Shown here: piece after piece, positions 1 to 9,004 of the stretch
How positions within the stretch are numbered: position 1 is the stretch's first letter
How the letters are laid out: each line of letters begins with the position of its first letter
Origin: a virus
Taxonomy: Duplodnaviria > Caudoviricetes
DNA: 32,450 nucleotides
IMG/VR virus record: IMGVR_UViG_3300030372_003529
Location: 1-32,450 of that record
Strand: one strand, 5' to 3'
Program-made: the position numbers and the translations under genes
Notes under the pieces: model-generated
What the model saw: the letters and a program-made list of their open reading frames with translations, nothing else
Databases searched by the model: none
Told to the model about the DNA's origin: nothing

Positions 1-98
1 GGCATTCTATAACCAAAGTCTATTGAGCAAAAAGTTGGATAATTCGGATTATAGGGAAATTCACCCATGTCAAGATTCCTATCAAAAGGATAAACTCT
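1..98. repeat. Terminal direct repeat, copy 1 (circular assembly overlap)
   Basis: 1-98 (ggcattctataacc...ggataaactct) is identical to 32352-32449; only the last base differs (a99 vs g32450). Implies a circular unit of 32,351 bp. Confidence 0.97.
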
Positions 99-797
99 AC
101 CTTCAAACGAAGTAAACATTGCACCATATTCCTGCTCATACAACTCCTTCGACATATTTCTTTTACGCTCAATTAAAAAAGGGTCTTGTTTGCCATCAGG
201 GAAGACTACATTATTATCCCATGTTGGTGCTTGATGAGATTCCCATAAATCATCTGCTTTTCCAAGTAGGAACAAGTCGTAAATCCAATTAAACCCCTCA
301 GGCGTTGTTATAAATATACCTTTACCCCTTCTATCTGATAAGGTTGGAGAAAGATACATATCCCATATCTTTCTTTTCATTTTAGCAACCTCATCCATTA
401 TAAGCAAGTCCAACCCTTCACCAACAAGAGAATCAGGGTTATCAGCAGACTTTGCTTCTACAGTAGTTCCCCACTTAAACTTTATAAATCTTTCTTTCTC
501 AGAAGCTCTTTCAATGTCATTAGCTTTACCAATAACCATCTTCTTCCAAACTTCTCTAAACATTAAGTCAGCTTTATCGTAGGATAGCCCAACTAACCAT
601 ATCTTTTTATTTGGTTGAGAAGCATAGTAAGTAGCTTCCATTGCAGATGCAGTTGTTTTGCCAAATCGTCTTCCACATACCATCACAAAGAATTGTGCTG
701 TTTCCTTATCAGGGAAATGGAGTTTCCTTTGACCTAAATGAGGTTTATACCCCATGTAGTCAAACCATCGTTCTTTATATTGTGTTTGATTATCCAT
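1..797 (-). CDS. terL: Terminase large subunit, N-terminal ATPase part (continues across the join into 32351..31838; 436 aa in total)
   Basis: Hand translation from ATG at 797: MDNQTQYKERWFDYMGYKPHLGQ...VMVCGRRFGKTT (Walker A)...GEGLDLLIMDE (Walker B)...IFITTPEGFNW (motif C). Same frame as ORF 31838..32419 via the repeat. Confidence 0.95.
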   Translation of the reverse strand, partial: MDNQTQYKERWFDYMGYKPHLGQRKLHFPDKETAQFFVMVCGRRFGKTTASAMEATYYASQPNKKIWLVGLSYDKADLMFREVWKKMVIGKANDIERASEKERFIKFKWGTTVEAKSADNPDSLVGEGLDLLIMDEVAKMKRKIWDMYLSPTLSDRRGKGIFITTPEGFNWIYDLFLLGKADDLWESHQAPTWDNNVVFPDGKQDPFLIERKRNMSKELYEQEYGAMFTSFEGRVYPFDRNLDMGEFPYNPNYPTFCSIDFGYRM

Positions 798-803
798 TAA
801 TAC

Positions 804-870
804 TTGCATCTTACAAGTAAGTTAATTTAAGTTATCGCATCTGTATTATGCAACATATTGTATGATACAA
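804..870. promoter_or_regulatory. Divergent terL/scaffold control region with three TTGYATnWTRCAA-like palindromes and a sigma70-like promoter
   Basis: TTGCATCTTACAA 804-816, CTGTATTATGCAA 841-853, TTGTATGATACAA 858-870; TTGCAT(804)-18 nt-TAAGTT(828) on +. Confidence 0.55.
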
Positions 871-900
871 TTTTTCAATAACAACATATAGGGGGACAGA

Positions 901-1425
901 ATGTCCGAAGAAAAAACTGTAGCTACCGAAACAGTAAGTGAGGAAACTACACAAGAGGCAACTACGGATTCGACTGACGTAGGTGCATTAATTGCAGAAA
1001 GCAAAAAGTATCGTAAAAGGTCGCAGGATGCTGAGGCAGAGCGTGATGCCCTCAAATCTCAATTAGCAAAGGCTGAAGAGGCTAAGCTAAAAGAGAAAGA
1101 GGATTTCAAAACATTGTACGAAAAAACAGCAAGTGAAATGGAAACATATAAAGCACAGGCTGATAAATGGACAAGTTACGAGGCTAAAAAGCGTGAAGCC
1201 CTTTTAAATAGCGTTCCTGAAGATGAAAGAGAATCTTTGGTAGACTTACCATTTGAAACTCTTGAATATGTAACTAATAAAATTAATAACATGAAGCCAA
1301 ATGCTCCTGAAGTTGTTGGAAACCCACGAGAAACATCAAAGCCAATCGGTAATTGGGCTGAGATGGATGCTGAGGAAAGAAGACAGAATTGGGGAAGTAT
1401 TGTTAAAGGCTTTAATAAATCATAA
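901..1425 (+). CDS. Capsid scaffolding protein
   Basis: Acidic N-terminus and coiled-coil (ESKKYRKRSQDAEAERDALK...), directly upstream of the major capsid gene. Confidence 0.8.
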   Translation: MSEEKTVATETVSEETTQEATTDSTDVGALIAESKKYRKRSQDAEAERDALKSQLAKAEEAKLKEKEDFKTLYEKTASEMETYKAQADKWTSYEAKKREALLNSVPEDERESLVDLPFETLEYVTNKINNMKPNAPEVVGNPRETSKPIGNWAEMDAEERRQNWGSIVKGFNKS

Positions 1426-1436
1426 AAGGATAAAAA

Positions 1437-2324
1437 ATGGCAAATAATATTACAGGTGTAGGAACAGCCAATGTCGATGCAGATGCTTTTGTACCTGAGC
1501 TGTGGTCAGCAGGCGTTGAAAACTACATAAAAAAGAAATTCGTTTTAGCAAACCTAGTTAATGATGTTAGCTTTATGGTTGCATCTGCAGGAGATAAAAT
1601 CAATATCCCTCGTGTAACAGAGAATACTGCAACAACTACTACAATCTCATCTTTTACAGAAGGGACTGCAGCAGTAGGATATACAAGCCCTAACGATTCA
1701 ACAGGCACATTGACAGTAGACCAAATGGCTTACTATGCAAGAATATATCCTGATATTGTAGAAATACAAGCTAATCCTGACTTATTAAATCTTCATGCAG
1801 AAGCTATGGGTTTTGCTATAGGCAAAGCTATTGATTCTCATATAGCTTCATTGCTAACAACATATAGCTCTGACTTTACAGAACATTCTTTAGCTGCTGA
1901 TAACGCATTAACTGCTGCTGAACTTCAGTTGGTTGTTAAATCTTTATATACAGCAGGTATCGACCCTAATGATGGCTATGTAATGGTTGTTGGTGCTGAA
2001 TTAATTTCAGATTTAATGGGTATAGACCAATTTACAAGTGCTGATTATGTTAAAGACCAATATGTTTGGAAAAATGGTCTTTTAGGTTCAATTATGGGTA
2101 TGCCTGTATATGCGACTAACTCTATAGCAGCTTCTGATGGAACTGCTGATCATGTTGTTGGTTGTATTTACAAACCAAGTAATATCTTTTTAGCTTACTC
2201 TCAAAAGCCAAAAATGGTATCACAATACTCAGTAGACTTTCTTGGTCATAAAGTTGCAGCTCACGCTTATTATGGCTCTGCTGTTGCTGTACCTAAAGGT
2301 CTTGTTCAAATTACCAATCCATAG
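1437..2324 (+). CDS. Major capsid protein (HK97 fold)
   Basis: FVPELWS N-terminal motif, GDKINIP, NGLLGSIMGMPVYATN, YG near C-terminus; AAGGA RBS; follows the scaffold gene. Confidence 0.9.
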   Translation: MANNITGVGTANVDADAFVPELWSAGVENYIKKKFVLANLVNDVSFMVASAGDKINIPRVTENTATTTTISSFTEGTAAVGYTSPNDSTGTLTVDQMAYYARIYPDIVEIQANPDLLNLHAEAMGFAIGKAIDSHIASLLTTYSSDFTEHSLAADNALTAAELQLVVKSLYTAGIDPNDGYVMVVGAELISDLMGIDQFTSADYVKDQYVWKNGLLGSIMGMPVYATNSIAASDGTADHVVGCIYKPSNIFLAYSQKPKMVSQYSVDFLGHKVAAHAYYGSAVAVPKGLVQITNP

Positions 2325-2340
2325 GATAGGTAGATAAAGT

Positions 2341-2371
2341 ATATAGGGGGGGGACATTCTCCCCTCTATAT
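2341..2371 (+). promoter_or_regulatory. 14-bp hairpin after the capsid gene, overlapping the next start codon
   Basis: ATATAGGGGGGGGA-CAT-TCTCCCCTCTATAT (two G-U pairs); the 3' arm includes the AT of ATG 2370; no U-tract. Confidence 0.6.
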
Positions 2372-3161
2372 GATTGTTATTAAAGAATTAAGAAAATTTA
2401 AAGAGTCGGATAGGGTTTTAGTTTTAGGGCATAACGCTCTCGACTATAAAAGTGTTTTAAAATACCCCTTTCCATATAAGACAGGAAGGGGATTTCATCC
2501 ACCTGCACCGACAAGTTTGCTTTTTGATAATTGGCAGGATTTTGATGGGGATTTAATTACTTGTCATTTCCAAAACTATAATTCAAAATTTGTAGTAGCC
2601 TCTGAACACTCTCCAAGATTTCATGCAAGTAAAGGCATAAAAGTTTCTAATTGCCCTGCGTATGATAAAGAGTCAAAAGAGGCATATAAAGGGATGATGG
2701 AGATTGGTCTTAATCCTAATGACTTTAATTACTTTAACATTTCAAAGATATTTAGCTATAAAGACTTTACATTAAACCTTTATTCAGGACACCTTGCGTT
2801 AATTTTTGCTTGTGATATGGGCTATAAAGAGGTCTATACAGCAGGGATTGATGGTAATGTAATAGGCTATGAGGGTGGCTTTTCTTATAAAAGAAAGCAT
2901 ATTAAAGCCTTAAAGCAGTTTGTAAGAAAAGGTAAAGGGAAAAAGGTTGGAATCTTTAATCATAAAAAGCCAACAACAATGGCTGAATGGAGCGAATGGA
3001 AAATATATAGCAGCTTTGGAGAAAGGGTCAAGCCTTTGATTGAGTATTGTAGTGAAAAATACCCTAATTCAAAGATTTACAAATCTCACAAGCTATCCCT
3101 TATGCCTGTTGAAATCAAGAATCCAATGGAGAATTATGAAAGACTTATTAGAAGATATTAA
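2370..3161 (+). CDS. GT29/Maf (DUF115/MptE-like) family putative glycosyltransferase
   Basis: N-terminal VLVLG strand and SGHLALIFACDMGYKEVYTAGID, matching the sialylmotif-S-like S-G-x-x-A...G-x-x-E-V-x-x-x-G-x-D pattern. Confidence 0.55.
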   Translation: MIVIKELRKFKESDRVLVLGHNALDYKSVLKYPFPYKTGRGFHPPAPTSLLFDNWQDFDGDLITCHFQNYNSKFVVASEHSPRFHASKGIKVSNCPAYDKESKEAYKGMMEIGLNPNDFNYFNISKIFSYKDFTLNLYSGHLALIFACDMGYKEVYTAGIDGNVIGYEGGFSYKRKHIKALKQFVRKGKGKKVGIFNHKKPTTMAEWSEWKIYSSFGERVKPLIEYCSEKYPNSKIYKSHKLSLMPVEIKNPMENYERLIRRY

Positions 3162-3558
3162 AAAGCACGAGGGATTCGTTGAACACGTTTATGACGACTC
3201 TCTTGGTATTCCTACTATAGGATATGGCTTTGCAATAAAAGATTTAACTTTAGATGAGGACATCGCAGAAGAAATCCTTATCAGAAAATTAGAAAAATTA
3301 AAGCGTAACGCTATTGCTCGTTTCAAGTGGCTCGAAGATATGCCTGTAGAAGTGCAAGAGGTAATCCTTAATATGTGCTATCAGCTTGGCGTTACAGGAA
3401 CTTCAAAATTTAGAAAAGCAATATCAGCATTACAGGAAGGCGATTGGGAAGAAGCTGCCAATGAAATGCTTGATAGCTTATGGGCAAGACAAACGCCCAA
3501 CAGAGCAAAAGAATTATCAGATACAATAAGGAATCAGGTTGAAAAAATCGGCTCTTAA
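3136..3558 (+). CDS. Endolysin, T4-like lysozyme (GH24)
   Basis: HEG...YDDSLGIPTIGYG catalytic motif and AANEMLDSLWARQTPNRA; start moved to ATG 3136 with GGAG RBS. Confidence 0.92.
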   Translation: MKDLLEDIKKHEGFVEHVYDDSLGIPTIGYGFAIKDLTLDEDIAEEILIRKLEKLKRNAIARFKWLEDMPVEVQEVILNMCYQLGVTGTSKFRKAISALQEGDWEEAANEMLDSLWARQTPNRAKELSDTIRNQVEKIGS

Positions 3559-4315
3559 AAGAGCAGTAGTAACTCCTGATAAGCATTTCCCCTATGCAGA
3601 TATGCCTGCCATTAATGTTGTATGTAAGGCAATAGAATTAGTAAAGCCTGACATCTACATTGACTTAGGTGATACAGGGGAGTGGGAAAACTTCTCACAT
3701 TGGAAGTGGAAGCGTAAGCGTAAACCTCCTCTTGAAATGCTTATACCACAGCTTGAAACAGATGTTATAGACGTGAATGACGGAATGGACATCATTGATG
3801 AATCTCTTGATAAGGTTGGATGCGAAGAAAAACATTTCTGTGAAGGCAACCATGAGTTATGGCTGCAAATGTTTGTTGAAGAACACCCATATGTGTCACA
3901 ATATGCTACCGAAAATGCCCTAAAGCTTAAAGAGCGAGGGTATAAGTTCCATCCTTGTGGAAAGCTTCTTAAAATAGGTAAAATGAACTTCTATCATGGG
4001 CATCATTATGGTGGTCAATACCATGCTGCTAATCATCTTCGTAAATTAGGTGGCAATGTAATGTATGGACATTGGCATGATGTTCAGTATATGACAGCTA
4101 CCCACATGGATGGAGCAAAAGGTGCATGGAGCATTGGGTGCTTAAAGGATATGAGTGCTGATAAGAATGCTTGGCTTGGGAATCGTAAGATTAATTGGGG
4201 TCATGCTTTTGCAATAGTTGATTTTTACGACAAAGGTAGATTTACTGTAGATGTAGTCCAAATAATAGATGGTAAAGCAACTGTTTGGGGTGAATTAATA
4301 GATGGGAACAAATAG
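3539..4315 (+). CDS. Calcineurin-like metallophosphoesterase
   Basis: PDKH, LGD, GNHE, HGH and GHWH motifs. Confidence 0.88.
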   Translation: MKKSALKRAVVTPDKHFPYADMPAINVVCKAIELVKPDIYIDLGDTGEWENFSHWKWKRKRKPPLEMLIPQLETDVIDVNDGMDIIDESLDKVGCEEKHFCEGNHELWLQMFVEEHPYVSQYATENALKLKERGYKFHPCGKLLKIGKMNFYHGHHYGGQYHAANHLRKLGGNVMYGHWHDVQYMTATHMDGAKGAWSIGCLKDMSADKNAWLGNRKINWGHAFAIVDFYDKGRFTVDVVQIIDGKATVWGELIDGNK

Positions 4316-4609
4316 ATGGAGTTTATTGATATAGTAGAGAAGCTTGGAGTCCCTGTTACTGTTGCAGGTGCATCTATGTGGTTTATTTGGAAGCAAACTC
4401 AATTCATACAAAAGTTCTTTATGGATGACTTGCAAGAATCACAAAATAGATTGGAAGCAATTATCGTAACTTTGATTAGCCAACAAAAAGAATTGCAGAT
4501 AGATATTAAAGAAAGCTTAGCTGATATGCGTTCTTCCTATGAATCTTTAGTAGAAATTGTCAAAGCCTTGTCAGGCAATGGATTAAAGAAAAGGGTTAAA
4601 AATGACTGA
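4316..4609 (+). CDS. Putative holin (single TM helix plus coiled-coil)
   Basis: N-terminal LGVPVTVAGASMWFIW transmembrane segment; next to the endolysin. Confidence 0.55.
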   Translation: MEFIDIVEKLGVPVTVAGASMWFIWKQTQFIQKFFMDDLQESQNRLEAIIVTLISQQKELQIDIKESLADMRSSYESLVEIVKALSGNGLKKRVKND

Positions 4610-4778
4610 TATGCTTAGAAGCCATCCACAAATAGGTATGGCAAGTTCATTTGGAAGTGCTTTTTTAGGTTGGGTTGATATTATGACCCCTGTAGCAACA
4701 TTTGTTTCTATATGTATAGGTATCGGCATTGGACTGATTACATTGGCATTAAAATATAAAGAGTGGAGGTCTAAGTAA
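4602..4778 (+). CDS. Small membrane protein (58 aa), possible second holin
   Basis: Hand translated MTDMLRSHPQIGMASSFGSAFLGWVDIMTPVATFVSICIGIGIGLITLALKYKEWRSK; overlaps both neighbours; basic C-terminal tail. Confidence 0.7.
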   Translation: MTDMLRSHPQIGMASSFGSAFLGWVDIMTPVATFVSICIGIGIGLITLALKYKEWRSK

Positions 4779-4936
4779 TGCTTCCTGTTGTTTTAAGATT
4801 ACTGACACCATCTGTGGTTAAAGGCATAATGGATTATGTCTTTAAAAAGAACGATTTAGATTATAAGATGGAAAAGTTAATAGAAAGAGTAGAAGAATTA
4901 GAAACAAAAACTAAATCTTTAAAGGAGAAAAAGTGA
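4778..4936 (+). CDS. Hypothetical protein (52 aa)
   Basis: TAATG coupling, GGAGG RBS; MLPVVLRLLTPSVVKGIMDYVFKKNDLD...EKK. Confidence 0.7.
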   Translation: MLPVVLRLLTPSVVKGIMDYVFKKNDLDYKMEKLIERVEELETKTKSLKEKK

Positions 4937-5133
4937 ATAAATTGACAGGTTTTTTAAAAGGGTTTGCTATTGATTATGTGATTGGTTACATGAAAGACAA
5001 TAAGCCTTTATTAATTGAAAAAGCTAATAAGAAGTTAAATGTACCTATCTTAAATGAAAAGCAGGAAGCAGAACTTCTTGAGGCTTGTTTTGATATAAGC
5101 ATGAATATGGTAGAGGGTATAAAAGACAAGTAA
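4933..5133 (+). CDS. Hypothetical protein
   Basis: GTG start with AAGGAG RBS; coupled to both neighbours. Confidence 0.7.
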   Translation: MNKLTGFLKGFAIDYVIGYMKDNKPLLIEKANKKLNVPILNEKQEAELLEACFDISMNMVEGIKDK

Positions 5134-5714
5134 TGTCTAAAGCGTTGCATATAGATAAAGCAGTTGATTCCAATCTAAAACCTGTAAAGGATTCAGATGG
5201 CTCATTGACTGCTTTAGAAATATCTACTGATAAAGTCAGAACTAAATCTTTAGATGTAATAGGTGATGTTAATGTAGTGGGTGAAGTTAAAGCCTCATCA
5301 CAAAAGTTAATTAGCGTAATAAATACAGGTTTCTATGGAAACTCATCAAAGATGTATATACCATTGAATGGTTATGTTTTTGAAAAAACTGCTACATCTT
5401 CAAATAATGAGTTTGTTGCTATGCCTGCTCCATATAGTGGCAAAGTGCTAAAGGTTATTGCAAGGAGTGAAGCAGCTTGTGGCAGTACAGTAGTAGGTTT
5501 CCATAAATCAACAGAAGGAACAGAAGTTCCAAATACAACTGCTACTTCTGAGGTTACTGTTAGTATGACTAATGATGATACTACATTCACATTTGATTTT
5601 ACAAATTTAGATAACACTTTTGGCTCAGGGGATATAATGGCATTTTCATTTGACCCTACAAATAGTAGCTTTGATACTAATGTAGTGGTTGTTTTAGAAT
5701 ATGAGGTAATATGA
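5133..5714 (+). CDS. Virion structural protein (fibre or decoration-like)
   Basis: Ser/Thr-rich, beta-rich C-terminal domain; shares an N-terminal VKDxxG motif with the next gene. Confidence 0.55.
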   Translation: MSKALHIDKAVDSNLKPVKDSDGSLTALEISTDKVRTKSLDVIGDVNVVGEVKASSQKLISVINTGFYGNSSKMYIPLNGYVFEKTATSSNNEFVAMPAPYSGKVLKVIARSEAACGSTVVGFHKSTEGTEVPNTTATSEVTVSMTNDDTTFTFDFTNLDNTFGSGDIMAFSFDPTNSSFDTNVVVVLEYEVI

Positions 5715-6493
5715 GTTTTACAGGCAAGACAAAAGCAAGTACATATAAAGATATCTTGCAAATAGATAATAGTAATAATGGTATTGATGCTACTACAAGA
5801 ATTGTTAAGGATGGTGAAGGTACAGAAAGTGCTTTACATCTTTCTGATGACCAAGTTGCAATAACTCCAAAAGATTCTGATGGAAATTCCATATTAAAAG
5901 TAACAAATAAAGCAGGAAGTTCAATATTAACAGTTGATTCTACTAATAGTTTAGTTAAAGCAAACGATACTTCTGTAAATACCCAAATTAAAATATTTGG
6001 CTTAGATTCTAATTCTGCATCCCCTGATACTGCTGATACTTGGCATGCACTTGTATCAACTTACAATTTATCAACATCAAATGAGTTGGAAATGGGAACA
6101 GGCTCAACCCCTGCAACAAGTTTAACTATATCTAATACTGCATATTTAGCTATAAAGCATTATTGGTATGTACCTTTTAATATTACAATAGATTCTTGTA
6201 ATGTGTGGGCAGCAGCAGATGCAGCAAGTGGTGATACATTTAAGTTCTCAGTAATGTCTTATACTGTAGATAGTGGAAATGGAAGTACAAGTGGGGATTT
6301 ATCATCAGGTGTAGAAAATTGTGTTTCACCTTCTACAATAGCAGGTGCAGGTAGAGAACAGGCTTATTATCAAGCCTTAACAGTATCTACTGCTGATGTA
6401 GATGCAGGAAAAGTAATTATGGCTTGTGTTCATCAAGATGGCACAAACGCAGATTTAACAGTTAATATGCAATTAGTATATCATATAAGATAG
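5711..6493 (+). CDS. Virion structural protein (fibre or decoration-like)
   Basis: Ser/Thr/Ala-rich, beta-rich; coupled start; late operon context. Confidence 0.55.
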   Translation: MSFTGKTKASTYKDILQIDNSNNGIDATTRIVKDGEGTESALHLSDDQVAITPKDSDGNSILKVTNKAGSSILTVDSTNSLVKANDTSVNTQIKIFGLDSNSASPDTADTWHALVSTYNLSTSNELEMGTGSTPATSLTISNTAYLAIKHYWYVPFNITIDSCNVWAAADAASGDTFKFSVMSYTVDSGNGSTSGDLSSGVENCVSPSTIAGAGREQAYYQALTVSTADVDAGKVIMACVHQDGTNADLTVNMQLVYHIR

Positions 6494-6503
6494 GAATAAA
6501 ATT

Positions 6504-8033
6504 ATGGCAAGATTTACAACAAATTTAACAGTAACAACTCCTAATGAAACAGTTAGTGCAGTTAAGGCAGGTGATTATGATGTTGCATTAAAATTAAATG
6601 CAGAGGTAGATAGCAGCGATACACCTATAACCTTAGTATCAGCATCTGCTACAGCAGGGCAAAACACATTAAGAGGTTGCAAGGCTCTTTTAATGAGAAA
6701 TTCAGGACAAGTTGGTGTAGAGATAGTGTTTAAAGCTGAGGAATGGGCAGATGCCTCACCTGATACTAATGGTGGTGCTTCACATCAATCTTTTCTTATT
6801 CCTTCAGGTGATTTTCTTTATCTTCCTAATTTAAGGCAATTAAATTATGAAACTGCTACAACAAGTGCAGCTAATGGTGAAACATTGGATAATCAAGCTC
6901 CTGATTCAAATATGTATGTAGATAGTACAGCAGACTTAGACCATTCAACATCAGGTACAATGGGTTCAGATGCTACACATACAACTTTAAATTTAGAAAA
7001 TGGACATTCTAAGTTCTTTAAGGTTGGGGATTTAATTAGAATTGAAAATGAAATATGTGAAGTAACTGCTGTAGGCACAGGTGCAGATTTAGCAAATAGT
7101 ACCTGTACAATTAAAAGAGGGATGTATGGTTCAACTGCTGCAACTCATGCTGATGATGTAGCAATTAGGTTTCCATTCTTTAATGCTTATGCAGATTTTG
7201 ATAAATATTCAACGGCTCAAACAGATGGCTCAGGTAGATTTAAAGCAATGAACTTGTTTGGGTATGGTAGAAAAGGCGATGCAATTGCAGATGGCTTTGT
7301 TGCAGGTTCAATTAGTGGCAAGTTTTATACAGCAGGTTATCAAGAATTAGGTATGTCAGGTATAACATCATCGACAGAATCAGGATTAACTGCCTCAACT
7401 GCTTATGCTTTTGATATAGCAGTAGATGGTGGTTCAGACTACACACTATCATTCACTACTTCAAGCAATACTAAATTTGGTGGCTCTGATGGAATAGTTC
7501 AAAAGATTCAAGATGCTTTAGATGCAGGATATTATGCTTCAGGCAACCTATTAGAAAAAAGAGTTACAGTTGGAATTGTTAATGGTGATATTAGATTTAC
7601 ATCAGGGCAACATCTATCAACATCTGCAATATCAATATCAGCACCTGCAAGTGGTACAACTCCATTTGGTGTAGGCAGGTTTGTAATGGCTGTAGGAGAT
7701 ATAGAGGCTGCTGTAGCTGCAAAACTTCCTGATGATGTTGTTTATGATAAGAAAACCAATCAATCTAATCCTAATGTAGGTGCAATGTTCCATGATGATG
7801 GGCATGGCAATATATCAGGAGCATGTACAGGTACTATAAACTATGAAACAGGTGCTATTGACTTAAATGGATGTCCACCTAATGCACATTTTGTTGTTAG
7901 TGCTGCTTATGGTTCTGCTCATTCAGGTGGTGAAGAATATGGGGCAACTTTTGGGAATACAATTAGCTCGATTACAGCAAGGTCAGTAAATCCAAAAATC
8001 AATTCAAGTATTGAAATCATAGGATTAAAATAA
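6504..8033 (+). CDS. Large virion structural protein (509 aa)
   Basis: Gly/Ala/Ser/Thr-rich; FKVGDLIRIENEI...IKRGMYGSTAATH and GTINYETGAI segments of the kind seen in phage virion proteins. Confidence 0.6.
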   Translation: MARFTTNLTVTTPNETVSAVKAGDYDVALKLNAEVDSSDTPITLVSASATAGQNTLRGCKALLMRNSGQVGVEIVFKAEEWADASPDTNGGASHQSFLIPSGDFLYLPNLRQLNYETATTSAANGETLDNQAPDSNMYVDSTADLDHSTSGTMGSDATHTTLNLENGHSKFFKVGDLIRIENEICEVTAVGTGADLANSTCTIKRGMYGSTAATHADDVAIRFPFFNAYADFDKYSTAQTDGSGRFKAMNLFGYGRKGDAIADGFVAGSISGKFYTAGYQELGMSGITSSTESGLTASTAYAFDIAVDGGSDYTLSFTTSSNTKFGGSDGIVQKIQDALDAGYYASGNLLEKRVTVGIVNGDIRFTSGQHLSTSAISISAPASGTTPFGVGRFVMAVGDIEAAVAAKLPDDVVYDKKTNQSNPNVGAMFHDDGHGNISGACTGTINYETGAIDLNGCPPNAHFVVSAAYGSAHSGGEEYGATFGNTISSITARSVNPKINSSIEIIGLK

Positions 8034-8233
8034 TGCCTCGAAAAAAAAGTAAAACTAAAAAAGCAAAAAGTAGAGTAAACCAAGCAGGGAATTACACTAA
8101 GCCTACTATGCGTAAAAGACTTTTCAATAAGATTCTTCGTGGCAGTAAAGGTGGTAGAGCAGGTCAATGGTCAGCACGAAAAGCTCAAATGTTAGCAAGG
8201 CAGTATAAGGCTAAAGGTGGAGGCTATAAGTAA
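8033..8233 (+). CDS. Small basic protein, DUF5872-like N-terminal half
   Basis: GSKGGRAGQWSARKAQMLARQYKAKGGGY motif; very K/R-rich with no acidic residues. Confidence 0.7.
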   Translation: MPRKKSKTKKAKSRVNQAGNYTKPTMRKRLFNKILRGSKGGRAGQWSARKAQMLARQYKAKGGGYK

Positions 8234-8481
8234 TGGCTTTAAAAAAATCACAACGCTCACTAAAGAAGTGGACTAAACAAGATTGGGGATACATAACTAA
8301 AAGTGATTCTAAAAAACCTCGTAAGAAAAGAGGTAGATACTTGCCAAAGTCTGTTAGGGCAAAGCTAACTAAAAGTCAGAAAGCCTATGAAAACAGAAAA
8401 AAAAGAGCTGCATCTGCTAAAGGTAAGCAGAGAGCTAAATACTCTAAAAAGACAGCAAAAAAAGTAAGAAAGGCAAGGTAA
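8233..8481 (+). CDS. Small basic protein, DUF5872-like C-terminal half
   Basis: QRSLKKWTKQDW...RYLPK...NRKKR motifs; TAATG-coupled. Confidence 0.7.
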   Translation: MALKKSQRSLKKWTKQDWGYITKSDSKKPRKKRGRYLPKSVRAKLTKSQKAYENRKKRAASAKGKQRAKYSKKTAKKVRKAR

Positions 8482-8660
8482 TGGCAAAGAATTTAAAAGG
8501 TGTCAGTTTAAAGGGACTTACAAAAACACAAAAAAAACAAATGTCAGCACATAAAATACATCATACAAAAGCTCATTTAAAAACAATGGCTGCTGCTATG
8601 AGAAAAGGAAAGACATTTAAACAGTCCCATAACATAGCTATGAAAAAAACAGGGAAATAG
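8481..8660 (+). CDS. Small basic His/Lys-rich protein (59 aa)
   Basis: Hand translated MAKNLKGVSLKGLTKTQKKQMSAHKIHHTKAHLKTMAAAMRKGKTFKQSHNIAMKKTGK; TAATG coupling. Confidence 0.75.
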   Translation: MAKNLKGVSLKGLTKTQKKQMSAHKIHHTKAHLKTMAAAMRKGKTFKQSHNIAMKKTGK

Positions 8661-8669
8661 GAGGTTATT

Positions 8670-8741
8670 ATGCCATATCATTATGGAAAGAAAAAAACAG
8701 GCAAGAAAAAAAAGAAGATGACTAAAAGAAAGAAGAAGTGA
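8670..8741 (+). CDS. 23-aa poly-Lys micropeptide
   Basis: Strong AGGAGGT RBS; MPYHYGKKKTGKKKKKMTKRKKK; fills the gap between neighbours exactly. Confidence 0.65.
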   Translation: MPYHYGKKKTGKKKKKMTKRKKK

Positions 8742-8742
8742 A

Positions 8743-9000
8743 ATGGCTAAGTTTAAAGGTAAGTCAGTTAGACTGAACAAGCCATCTCGTATTCGTAAAG
8801 GTCAAGCAGGATATGGTCGTAAAAAGTTTCAAGTATATGTTAGTAGTGGTAACAGGGTAAAAAGAGTTACATTTGGCGACCCTAACATGACTATTAAAAA
8901 GTCTAACCCTGCAAGACGAAAATCATTTAGAGCAAGACATCGGTGTGCTACTGCAAAAGATAGGACAACTGCACGCTACTGGTCTTGCAAGATGTGGTAA
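8743..9000 (+). CDS. Small basic protein (FGDPNM...RRKSFRARH...YWSCKMW type)
   Basis: Highly basic; motif resembles small basic proteins of marine phages and large DNA viruses (DUF5754-like, from memory). Confidence 0.7.
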   Translation: MAKFKGKSVRLNKPSRIRKGQAGYGRKKFQVYVSSGNRVKRVTFGDPNMTIKKSNPARRKSFRARHRCATAKDRTTARYWSCKMW

Positions 9001-9004
9001 AATG

